Source: Minisyncoccota bacterium
GTDB taxonomy: Bacteria > Patescibacteriota > Minisyncoccia > Phycocordibacterales > Phycocordibacteraceae
NCBI GenBank assembly: GCA_035531095.1
Contig: DATKTL010000042.1
Span: 1 to 17,113, forward strand
Length of the DNA: 17,113 nucleotides
Direction: 5' to 3'
A program made the position numbers and the translations under genes. Shown in pieces: positions 6,033 to 12,159 of this stretch. The number at the start of each line of letters is the position of its first letter. Position 1 is the first letter of the stretch. The notes under the pieces were generated by a model that searched no databases, was not told the DNA's origin, and saw only the letters and a program-made list of their open reading frames with translations.

Positions 6033-6104
6033 TGCCCCGAGCTGGAATCGAACCAACATCAACGGCTTAGAAGTCCGCTGCTCTATCCATTGAGCTATCG
6101 GGGC
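6033..6104 (-). tRNA. tRNA-Arg (anticodon TCT)
   Basis: GCCCCGA TA GCTC AATGGATA GAGC A GCGGA CTTCTAA GCCGT TGAT GTTGG TTCGATT CCAGC TCGGGGC A. There is one A31:G39 mismatch. Confidence 0.88.
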
Positions 6105-6138
6105 GTCCGCACTTCTCTAGCCTAGCGCATTTGCTCCG

Positions 6139-6447
6139 TTAGAGCGACGGGTCAGCGTAGCCGTAGGCGCCCGAGAGGTACTTCTCCTCTTCTGCGGCGC
6201 GATTCGCAAAAACAGCATGGACAGCATCAAGCGACGTCTGACTGAAGACCGGCGTCGTCGTGGCCGCGGGTGAGCCGATGACGCCGCCGCCGGCGACCGT
6301 GTCGAATGCCCACGCATTCCAGACGATGATGCCAGCGAGCGCTATCGCCGCGATGATGATCACGATGAGCCAATCGCGCACCGGGTCCACCTGCGGTGCC
6401 GACCGCATGCGCTTCATGAGAGAGCCGAGCGGGAGGTGAGCGTTCAT
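6139..6447 (-). CDS. Hypothetical single-pass membrane protein, last gene of the pilMNO-like operon
   Basis: 102-aa ORF with a TM helix (WLIVIIIAAIALAGIIVW). Its start overlaps the pilO-like stop by ATGA. Confidence 0.6.
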   Translation of the reverse strand: MNAHLPLGSLMKRMRSAPQVDPVRDWLIVIIIAAIALAGIIVWNAWAFDTVAGGGVIGSPAATTTPVFSQTSLDAVHAVFANRAAEEEKYLSGAYGYADPSL

Positions 6448-6974
6448 GGCGTACTGGTCGCGGCTGCCGGAGGCGTCGAGCCGACGGTGAGGCTCAGGTC
6501 GGCGTGCCAGCTGTTCTTCGCGTCTTGTCCGACCGAAAGCGTCGAGATCGAGAGGTCATACGGGGCGTATTCGATAGCGCCGACCGTACGCATCACTGCG
6601 TCGAACGCCCCCTTCACCGACAGAGAGAGCTGGAGCGTCGGGCGCGCGGGAGTGCCCGCCGCCGAGACCGAGAGCACGCTGACGGCGGCCTTCTGAGAAA
6701 GCCCGAGCGATTCAAGGCTATTGATGAAGGCGACGATGCCCGCTTCCGATACGAAATAGGCTTGGACTTTCGCTTCATCGCCGGCGACCTCGGCAAGCGC
6801 AGCGCGCGCGGCGGCGATACGGCTCGCGTTCTCCGTCGCCGCGTCGATCTGACCCTGTATATCCGCGACCTCGGCGCTTTTCGCCGAAACGGCTGCATAC
6901 CAGACGCCATACCCGGCGAGCGCGGCAGCGGCGACGGCAAGCGCTATGAGGAAGTGGGTACGGGGAGCGTTCAT
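6444..6974 (-). CDS. pilO: PilO-like type IV pilus assembly protein
   Basis: N-terminal TM helix, coiled-coil-like segment (AEVADIQGQIDAATENASRIAAARAALAEV), then a C-terminal alpha/beta region. It follows pilM-pilN with 4-nt overlaps. Assignment rests on architecture and order, so it is moderate. Confidence 0.55.
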   Translation of the reverse strand: MNAPRTHFLIALAVAAAALAGYGVWYAAVSAKSAEVADIQGQIDAATENASRIAAARAALAEVAGDEAKVQAYFVSEAGIVAFINSLESLGLSQKAAVSVLSVSAAGTPARPTLQLSLSVKGAFDAVMRTVGAIEYAPYDLSISTLSVGQDAKNSWHADLSLTVGSTPPAAATSTP

Positions 6975-7537
6975 GGCGCGAGTGTGAGGATAACCGTGAA
7001 GGTTATATCCGTATCTTTCGCATATGCGGAGACCGGGAGGTCGGCCGCGCGCGCGAAAGGCGCGCTCTGCAGCGTGAGCTGATAGCTGCGGAGCGCGTCG
7101 CGCGTCGCGGCGGTACCGGTGAGCGCAAGCGTGCCGGCCTTACCACCCGAAGCGGGCGCATAGGTGAAGCCCGACAAGGTGATACCCGGCCGCGATACCG
7201 CGAGCACCGCGCGGACGACCCCGCTCGCTGACGGAGCGGAGGAAAGGGCGGTCAGCGCGGCGGCGTCGGAGGAGAGCGCCGCGAGCCGCGCCGCGAGCGC
7301 CGCCTGATCGGCTGAAGAAAGCGAGGTGCGTATGCTCGCGAGACGGATGGATTTCGCGGCGGCGCTCCCCGTCAGGAAGACATAGGTCGGCAACAGGAGC
7401 ACGGCGGCGGCAAGCGTCAGCAAGGCGACGAGCGACGCGATCACGACGCCGAGGCGATACTGATACTCGCGCGCGACCCGGATGCGGCGCTCGGAAGGGA
7501 GCAGGTTCGTGAGTCCGTCAGGCATAAGGGGTCGCAT
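6971..7537 (-). CDS. pilN: PilN-like type IV pilus assembly protein
   Basis: N-terminal ...TNLLPSERR... motif followed by a TM helix, as in PilN/fimbrial assembly proteins. It lies immediately after pilM with a 20-nt overlap. Confidence 0.7.
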   Translation of the reverse strand: MRPLMPDGLTNLLPSERRIRVAREYQYRLGVVIASLVALLTLAAAVLLLPTYVFLTGSAAAKSIRLASIRTSLSSADQAALAARLAALSSDAAALTALSSAPSASGVVRAVLAVSRPGITLSGFTYAPASGGKAGTLALTGTAATRDALRSYQLTLQSAPFARAADLPVSAYAKDTDITFTVILTLAP

Positions 7538-8615
7538 AATCGCGCAGCGCGAGACCTATCGCCGTCGCGTACGCGAGCGATTCGGTGTAGTCCAGCGACG
7601 GGACCCAGGTGTCGCGCGAAGCGAGGTTCGTGAATACATCGCCGGCGACGACCGGGATCTGCAGCGTGCCCTCGAGATACTCGGGGAGTCCGCGCACGGA
7701 CGCATTCCCGCCGACGAGGAGCGCGCGCGACACCGGTTCGTGCGTGCTCCCCGGCACGGCGCGCTCCTGCCAGAATGCCAGGTGGCGAGATATCTCGTCG
7801 CGGATTGCGGAAACAGTCGAGAGCATCGCGGCGAGATACTCTTCATTCCCGGGCGTCGGCACGATGCCGCGCTCAGCCTTCACCTTGCGCGCCTCGGCTT
7901 CCGTCACGCCGAAATATTTCTGCACAGCGAGCGTGAGCGCGTGCCCGCCGATATTGATGGTCGTCGCGAATCGCGGTATGCGCCGCGTCACGATGGAGAC
8001 CTTCGTCGTCGTCTTACCGACATCGATGATGAGCGTGGTGGACTCGTCGCCATAGGGGAGCAGCGCTCGCGACGACGCGAACGTCTCCCCCTCGAGGGAG
8101 CGGGTGCTGATATCCGCCGCATCGAACGTCGATATCGTCTCCTCGATGATGCGCCGGGCGAATCCGATGCCTGCCACTTCCGCTTCGCCGTTCTCATTGC
8201 GCCCTATCTCGATGAAATCGAAGATCGTCTCTGCGGGCGGCAGCGGGATGAACTCATCGAGATGCTGTTCGATCGCGAGGCGCTGCTCATCCTTGCCGAC
8301 GCCCGGCACGGTCGTCTCGAACAGATAGGATTTCGACTCCGGGAGCGAGACATTCGCCGCTGCGATGCCGGTCGCCTCAGCCGCAGATGCTAGCGCTTCG
8401 ATGACTGCCGCACGGTCCACGATCTCGCCGTCAGTGAATGCGCCGGCGGGCAGCCGGGCCTCCACATACTGAGCGAGCACGAGACCATGCGTACCTTCTT
8501 CGAGACGCACCGCCTTCACGCCGCTTGTCGAGAGATCGACGCCCGCGAGCGGAAGCGCCATGTACCGCGGCGGCGCGAACAACGCGCGCAAACGTTCATT
8601 GAATACCGGTGACAT
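7518..8615 (-). CDS. pilM: PilM, type IV pilus assembly protein (actin-like ATPase fold)
   Basis: GVDLSTSGVKAVRLE..., IIDVGKTTTKVSIV, and ..LLVGGNASVRGLPEYL.. are typical PilM/FtsA-like phosphate and adenosine motifs. Confidence 0.85.
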   Translation of the reverse strand: MSPVFNERLRALFAPPRYMALPLAGVDLSTSGVKAVRLEEGTHGLVLAQYVEARLPAGAFTDGEIVDRAAVIEALASAAEATGIAAANVSLPESKSYLFETTVPGVGKDEQRLAIEQHLDEFIPLPPAETIFDFIEIGRNENGEAEVAGIGFARRIIEETISTFDAADISTRSLEGETFASSRALLPYGDESTTLIIDVGKTTTKVSIVTRRIPRFATTINIGGHALTLAVQKYFGVTEAEARKVKAERGIVPTPGNEEYLAAMLSTVSAIRDEISRHLAFWQERAVPGSTHEPVSRALLVGGNASVRGLPEYLEGTLQIPVVAGDVFTNLASRDTWVPSLDYTESLAYATAIGLALRDYATPYA

Positions 8616-8621
8616 ACGCGC

Positions 8622-8627
8622 AGTATA
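8622..8627 (-). promoter_or_regulatory. -10 box TATACT, 6-nt spacer, then the ATG of pilM (leaderless arrangement)
   Basis: Minus strand reads cacggTATACTgcgcgtATG. Confidence 0.45.
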
Positions 8628-8652
8628 CCGTGCGCGCGGTCATTCTCTCCTC

Positions 8653-9027
8653 TTAATGTGCACTAGTACCGGGCGGTACCGGGCGATCAGACGTCACGAA
8701 GGCGAATGTTTCGTCCGAACCGACGGCGAAGAGCATGCCGTCGCTCTCAAGTCCGCGTATCGTGCGGGGCTCGAGATTCGTCACGAAAGCGAGCTGGCGG
8801 CCGATGAGCGATTCCGGCTCCGGCACATAGGCGGCGATGCCGGACACGATCTGCCGCACCTTTCCCTCCCCTTCGGGAGACACTTCCCCGAAATCCACGG
8901 TGAGGCGCAGGAGCTTGTCGGTCTCAGGTACGCGCTCGGCGCTCCGCACCGTACCGATCTGTACGTCTATCTTACTGAAATCATCGATGGTGATACGCGG
9001 CTTATTCATCCCGTTAGAAGTTTCCAT
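8653..9027 (-). CDS. tRNA-binding domain protein (CsaA / EMAP-II / MetRS C-terminal-like)
   Basis: ITIDDFSKIDVQIGTV..AE.V...DKLLRL.VDFGE...RQIVSGIA.Y..PE.L.G......NL.PR...G..S.GML. The start at 9027 (METSNGMNKPR...) is chosen because TGgTAGCAT lies 7 nt upstream. The GTG at 9084 and the ATG at 9009 are alternatives. Confidence 0.8.
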   Translation of the reverse strand: METSNGMNKPRITIDDFSKIDVQIGTVRSAERVPETDKLLRLTVDFGEVSPEGEGKVRQIVSGIAAYVPEPESLIGRQLAFVTNLEPRTIRGLESDGMLFAVGSDETFAFVTSDRPVPPGTSAH

Positions 9028-9034
9028 GCGACTG

Positions 9035-9043
9035 ATGCTACCA
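9035..9043 (-). promoter_or_regulatory. Extended -10 TGgTAGCAT, 7-nt spacer, then the ATG at 9027 (leaderless arrangement)
   Basis: Minus strand reads tatcTGgTAGCATcagtcgcATG. Confidence 0.4.
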
Positions 9044-9104
9044 GATAAACCGTCCTGTGTGCAGACAAGTATCGCGTCCGACACGATTCGTACACGTTGA
9101 ATTT

Positions 9105-9524
9105 CTAACGGGATTCATGTGATGAGCGGGAAAGGTAGCTGGTAAGGATGAGCGCGGCGGCAGAAGCGTCGACGTTCGCGCGCGGCTTCGCCGCGCGCGT
9201 CTTCATCTGCTTCTCGGGTGCGCGGCGTGCGAGGGCCGAGGTGAACACTTCCGACTCGTAGACGACCGGGACGCCGGCGCGCTCGGTCAGGAGCGCCCCG
9301 AGCGCGCGGGCACCCTTCGCGATTGGGTTCTCGCCGCCTTCCAGGTTGCGCGACTCGCCGATGACGACCGCGCTGACGTTCTCTTTGGCGATAAGCGCAC
9401 AGAGTTCATCGAGAAGATGCGGCGTATTCGATACGATGGCGTGCGGGAACCCCATCGTCCCTGCTTCGTCGGAGAGCGCAAGCCCTATCTTCGAACTCCC
9501 ATAGTCGATGCCGAGATACCGCAT
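9105..9524 (-). CDS. ruvX: Holliday junction resolvase-like / pre-16S rRNA nuclease RuvX (YqgF)
   Basis: MRYLGIDYGSSKIGLALSD... then ..VVIG.S.NL.G..N... The ATG at 9524 is preferred, since the 15 upstream codons in the ORF track run into the divergent promoter region. Confidence 0.88.
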   Translation of the reverse strand: MRYLGIDYGSSKIGLALSDEAGTMGFPHAIVSNTPHLLDELCALIAKENVSAVVIGESRNLEGGENPIAKGARALGALLTERAGVPVVYESEVFTSALARRAPEKQMKTRAAKPRANVDASAAALILTSYLSRSSHESR

Positions 9525-9530
9525 GCCCCA

Positions 9531-9536
9531 AGTGTA
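9531..9536 (-). promoter_or_regulatory. -10 box TACACT, 6-nt spacer, then the ATG of ruvX (leaderless arrangement)
   Basis: Minus strand reads ccaTACACTtggggcATG. Confidence 0.4.
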
Positions 9537-9545
9537 TGGTATAAT
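9537..9545 (+). promoter_or_regulatory. Extended -10 TGgTATAAT, 8-nt spacer, then the ATG at 9554
   Basis: Plus strand reads gtaTGgTATAATgcacgcatATG. It abuts the ruvX -10 box on the other strand. Confidence 0.5.
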
Positions 9546-9553
9546 GCACGCAT

Positions 9554-9835
9554 ATGCACGACTTCTCACCGCTCTACTCCCCGGCGTACTCGCCGTTCGC
9601 CTTCGGGTTCATGAGCGCGCTCGTTCCCTTCCTCATACTCGCCATGCTCTGGACGATCGTCCTCAAAGGCTTCGCGCTCTGGCATGCGGCTCGCGGCGGA
9701 CAGAAGTGGTGGTTCATCGCTCTCCTCGTCGTGAACACGCTCGGCCTTCTCGAGATCATCTATCTCATCTGGTTCCGCCCGACGGCGTCGCACCGTTCGC
9801 ACGCGCCGGCGCACGAATCATCAACGCAGGCGTAA
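9554..9835 (+). CDS. Small membrane protein resembling the DUF5652-like family common in Patescibacteria
   Basis: LILAMLWTIVLKGFALWHAARGGQKWWFIALLVVNTLGLLEIIYLIWF shows two TM helices with the W..V.KG.ALW.AAR..QK.WF.......T.G.LEI.YL pattern. The family name is from memory and was not searched. Confidence 0.55.
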   Translation: MHDFSPLYSPAYSPFAFGFMSALVPFLILAMLWTIVLKGFALWHAARGGQKWWFIALLVVNTLGLLEIIYLIWFRPTASHRSHAPAHESSTQA

Positions 9836-9842
9836 GCAGTTA

Positions 9843-9927
9843 GGAGGAGTGGCCGAGTGGTCTATGGCACTTGTCTTGAAAACAAGCGTACCGAAAGGTA
9901 CCGTGAGTTCGAATCTCACCTCCTCCG
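9843..9927 (+). tRNA. tRNA-Ser (anticodon TGA), class II
   Basis: GGAGGAG TG GCC GAGTGGTCTAT GGC A CTTGT CTTGAAA ACAAG, variable arm GTACC-GAAA-GGTAC, T arm GTGAG-TTCGAAT-CTCAC, then CTCCTCC G. Confidence 0.92.
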
Positions 9928-10005
9928 CAGAGATTTTTAAGGAGCCGTGCGACTATAAAAATCCAAGTGGGGTTGCGTAATCGCAAGCCCCCGCACATTT
10001 TCGAG

Positions 10006-10014
10006 TGCTATACT
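10006..10014 (+). promoter_or_regulatory. Extended -10 TGcTATACT, 6-nt spacer, then the ATG at 10021 (leaderless arrangement)
   Basis: Plus strand reads gagTGcTATACTtttcgcATG. Confidence 0.5.
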
Positions 10015-10020
10015 TTTCGC

Positions 10021-10494
10021 ATGGCCGCCAATGTCATCGCAGAATGGGAGGGGCGCGAATACGAGCATGACCCGAAGAGCGCCGATTGGTATTGGTCGCT
10101 CGGCATCATCACGGTCGCCGGCACTATCGCATCGGTCCTCTTCGGCAATATCCTATTCGCGATCCTCATCCTCGTCGCCGCGGCGGCGATCGCGCTCCAT
10201 GCCGCCCAGCATCCGCCGCTGCACCGATTCCGGCTCGTCGATACCGGCCTCATGATCGGCGACGATCTCTTCCCGTTCGACCGGATGCTCTCGTTCTCCG
10301 TCCTCCAAGACATTGAGGAGACATACCCGCCGATACTCTCCATCAAGACCGCGAGCTGGCATGCGCCCCACCTCATGATCCCGCTCGAAGGAGCCGACGA
10401 GGACGCCGTCCTCGCGCACTTCCTCGATCATGTCGAGGAAGAGGAACACCGCCACACGTTCGCCGACTTGGTGGCGGCGTGGCTCGGATTCTGA
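10021..10494 (+). CDS. Hypothetical membrane protein (2 TM N-terminal region plus soluble C-terminal domain)
   Basis: MAANVIAEWEGREYEHDPKSADWYWSLGIITVAG...ILILVAAAAIAL... then an acidic C-terminus (HFLDHVEEEEHRH). The ATG at 10021 is preferred over the track start at 9967. Confidence 0.65.
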   Translation: MAANVIAEWEGREYEHDPKSADWYWSLGIITVAGTIASVLFGNILFAILILVAAAAIALHAAQHPPLHRFRLVDTGLMIGDDLFPFDRMLSFSVLQDIEETYPPILSIKTASWHAPHLMIPLEGADEDAVLAHFLDHVEEEEHRHTFADLVAAWLGF

Positions 10495-10510
10495 TATACA
10501 GTAGAGTACC

Positions 10511-10645
10511 GCCCTCGTATGTAGGCATACTTGGGCTCGTTCGGAGAATCCGCCTACACGAGGACGTGCAGTCGCATTTCCACCACAAGGGCACTTCTTA
10601 GTTTCTAACTCGCTGTGCTCGTAAGAAACTAAAGTCGCTCACTTC
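10511..10645 (+). ncRNA. Structured leader element upstream of tRNA-Arg(GCG), beginning with a copy of that tRNA's first 8 nt
   Basis: GCCCTCGT at 10511-10518 equals 10646-10653. GTATG-TAGG-CATAC hairpin at 10517-10530. GCTCGTTCGG at 10535-10544 is identical to 16609-16618. A 12-bp helix joins 10513-10526 to 10552-10563. A 10-bp hairpin CTTAGTTTCT/AGAAACTAA(A)G spans 10597-10634. The tail TCGCTCACTTC abuts the tRNA. Confidence 0.45.
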
Positions 10646-10720
10646 GCCCTCGTCGTTCAATGGATAGGACGGCTCCTTGCGGAGGAGCTGATGCAGGTTC
10701 GATTCCTGCCGAGGGCACCA
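10646..10720 (+). tRNA. tRNA-Arg (anticodon GCG), CCA encoded
   Basis: GCCCTCG TC GTTC AATGGATA GGAC G GCTCC TTGCGGA GGAGC TGAT GCAGG TTCGATT CCTGC CGAGGGC A CCA. Confidence 0.9.
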
Positions 10721-10767
10721 TATTAAAAAAACGGCATGATGCCGTTTTTTTTAATATGGTGCCCTCG
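10710..10767. terminator. 58-nt near-perfect palindrome / bidirectional terminator that includes the last 11 nt of tRNA-Arg(GCG)
   Basis: CGAGGGCACCATATTAAAAAAACGGCA-TGA-TGCCGTTTTTTTTAATATGGTGCCCTCG, with A7 and T8 runs around a CGGCA/TGCCG core. Confidence 0.7.
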
Positions 10768-10802
10768 AGCACGCGCGGGGCGCGTGCGTGCAGGAATCGA
10801 AG
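10757..10802 (-). repeat. Inverted partial copy of the tRNA-Arg(GCG) 3' part (T-loop to CCA), interrupted by a 22-nt GC-rich palindromic insert
   Basis: Minus strand reads CTTCGATTCCTGC[ACGCACGCGCCCCGCGCGTGCT]CGAGGGCACCA, compared with the tRNA's GTTCGATTCCTGCCGAGGGCACCA. Confidence 0.6.
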
Positions 10803-10887
10803 ACCTTGCGAGCGTTTTATGGAGCGGAGCGAACAGAAAATCCGCAAGGTGTACTGAAACGGTACGTTTCGATAAGCGTACTCGCGG

Positions 10888-10904
10888 TCCTGCCGAGGGC
10901 ACCA
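10888..10904 (+). repeat. Direct 17-nt copy of the tRNA-Arg(GCG) 3' end (TCCTGCCGAGGGCACCA)
   Basis: Identical to 10704-10720. It lies 92 nt upstream of the repeat-protein gene. Confidence 0.7.
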
Positions 10905-10979
10905 GCTAGCGCTCATGCAAATGACCGAGATGCCTCGATCATAGGAATGCGTGCGATAAGGAGACTCGTATGCACGACA

Positions 10980-10988
10980 TGCTAGACT
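10980..10988 (+). promoter_or_regulatory. Extended -10 TGcTAGACT, 7-nt spacer, then the ATG at 10996 (leaderless arrangement)
   Basis: Plus strand reads acaTGcTAGACTtgatggtATG. Confidence 0.4.
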
Positions 10989-10995
10989 TGATGGT

Positions 10996-12159
10996 ATGAA
11001 AAAATACTTCCCTTTGCGCAGTGTGGGGGCACTGCCGCTAGGTGCGGCACTCGCTATTGCGTTCCTCGCCGTTACCGCCGCTCACGCGGCGACCACTATC
11101 AGCACGAATATCCAAACGGATGGGACCTTATCGGTAACCAGCACGAGCACCTTTCTCGGGAACGTCGGCATCGGGACGGCGACACCAGCAGAGAAGCTTG
11201 ATGTGATCGGAAGCGTGAACGTGTCGGCAGGTAGCTATTTCAAATACGATGACCTTCCTTTTGCCACAGCTTCCACCTCTCTGTACGACTACTTCACAGG
11301 CGGAGCAGGAAACCTTACGATGACCGGCTCCTACGGCACCGCTAACGGCTACTCGGCCCTCTACCACAACACCACGGGCAACTCCAACACCGCTAACGGC
11401 TACTCGGCCCTCTACTACAACACCACGGGCAATGAGAACGCCGCCTTCGGCTACGATGCCCTACTCTCAAACACCGGCGGCTCGTTCAATACTGCAAACG
11501 GCGCCACCGCCCTCTACTACAACACCACCGGCAACTACAACATCGCTATCGGCGGTGACGCCCTCCACTACAACACCACGGGCGTCGACAACACCGCAAG
11601 CGGCTATCAGGCCCTGCTTTCTAACACCACCGGCTCCTACAACACTGCAAGCGGTTCCTTTTCCCTCTCTTACAACACTTCCGGCTCCTACAACACTGCA
11701 CTCGGCTATTTCGCCGGTGAAAATATCGCCACCGGATATGACAACATCCTCATCGGTGCCAATCCGGATGTTGGTGGCGACCACCTGACGACTGGTACAG
11801 ATAACATCTGTATCGGCTTCAACTGCATCCTGCCGGGCGGGACCGCGGCCACGAATCAACTCAACATCGGCAACCTCATCTTCGGCACGGGCCTCACCGC
11901 GACCTCCTCCTCGACCTCTCTCCCCGGTACGCTCACTGGGAATATCGGCATCGGGACGAGCACTCCGATCGCGAACTTCCAGGTGGCGAATGGGAACAAT
12001 GCCACGACCACTATGGAGCTCGGCCGCAGCGGTCAGAACAAGGGCTCCTGCTTGAAGCTCTATCGCACGGACGGCACCGCCATCTATGCGTACGTCGCCG
12101 CCGGCGCGACCACCTTCACTCTCACGACGACCTCCTGCGCGAATGTGAGCAACTTCTGA
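10996..12159 (+). CDS. Secreted repeat protein, tail-fibre / YadA-head (Hep_Hag)-like, with at least 8 tandem 17-aa NTA.GY.AL..NTTG.. repeats
   Basis: Signal peptide MKKYFPLRSVGALPLGAALAIAFLAVTAAHA. VGIGTATPAEKLDV and IGIGTSTPIANFQV motifs flank the repeats, as in phage tail-fibre-like and adhesin proteins. The repeat period was read directly. Confidence 0.85.
   Translation: MKKYFPLRSVGALPLGAALAIAFLAVTAAHAATTISTNIQTDGTLSVTSTSTFLGNVGIGTATPAEKLDVIGSVNVSAGSYFKYDDLPFATASTSLYDYFTGGAGNLTMTGSYGTANGYSALYHNTTGNSNTANGYSALYYNTTGNENAAFGYDALLSNTGGSFNTANGATALYYNTTGNYNIAIGGDALHYNTTGVDNTASGYQALLSNTTGSYNTASGSFSLSYNTSGSYNTALGYFAGENIATGYDNILIGANPDVGGDHLTTGTDNICIGFNCILPGGTAATNQLNIGNLIFGTGLTATSSSTSLPGTLTGNIGIGTSTPIANFQVANGNNATTTMELGRSGQNKGSCLKLYRTDGTAIYAYVAAGATTFTLTTTSCANVSNF
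11338..11745 (+). repeat. Coding tandem repeat, 8 x 51 bp; the first two units are about 90% identical at the DNA level
   Basis: Unit 1 (11338-11388) and unit 2 (11389-11439) differ at about 5 of 51 positions (accgctaacggctactcggccctctac[c/t]acaacaccacgggcaa...). Later units are diverged in DNA but keep the 17-aa register. Confidence 0.85.

Noticed and set aside
5838-6125. 74-aa and 65-aa ORFs across the minus-strand tRNA cluster
   Set aside because: They are composed entirely of tRNA gene sequence.
7482-8393. 303-aa plus-strand ORF and other ORFs opposite pilM/pilN
   Set aside because: It is a shadow ORF with extreme Arg content and no motif. The minus-strand genes form a coherent overlapping operon.
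9967-10020. Upstream extension (18 codons) of the 10021 gene
   Set aside because: It begins at a non-ATG codon inside a hairpin/terminator-like region and contains the TGcTATACT box. The ATG at 10021 gives a family-typical N-terminus.
10629-10916. 95-aa (minus) and 65-aa (plus) ORFs around tRNA-Arg(GCG). The same applies to 12693..13232 (minus) across tRNA-Arg(CCG) and the end of the PG-binding gene.
   Set aside because: They translate tRNA, terminator palindrome and repeat sequence or the antisense strand of a supported gene.
11338-11745. Possible CRISPR array or other non-coding tandem repeat
   Set aside because: The 51-bp periodicity is in frame within a long ORF and corresponds to a 17-aa protein repeat. 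There is no repeat-spacer alternation. The tRNA-Lys leader units (16496-16660) also lack repeat-spacer organisation.
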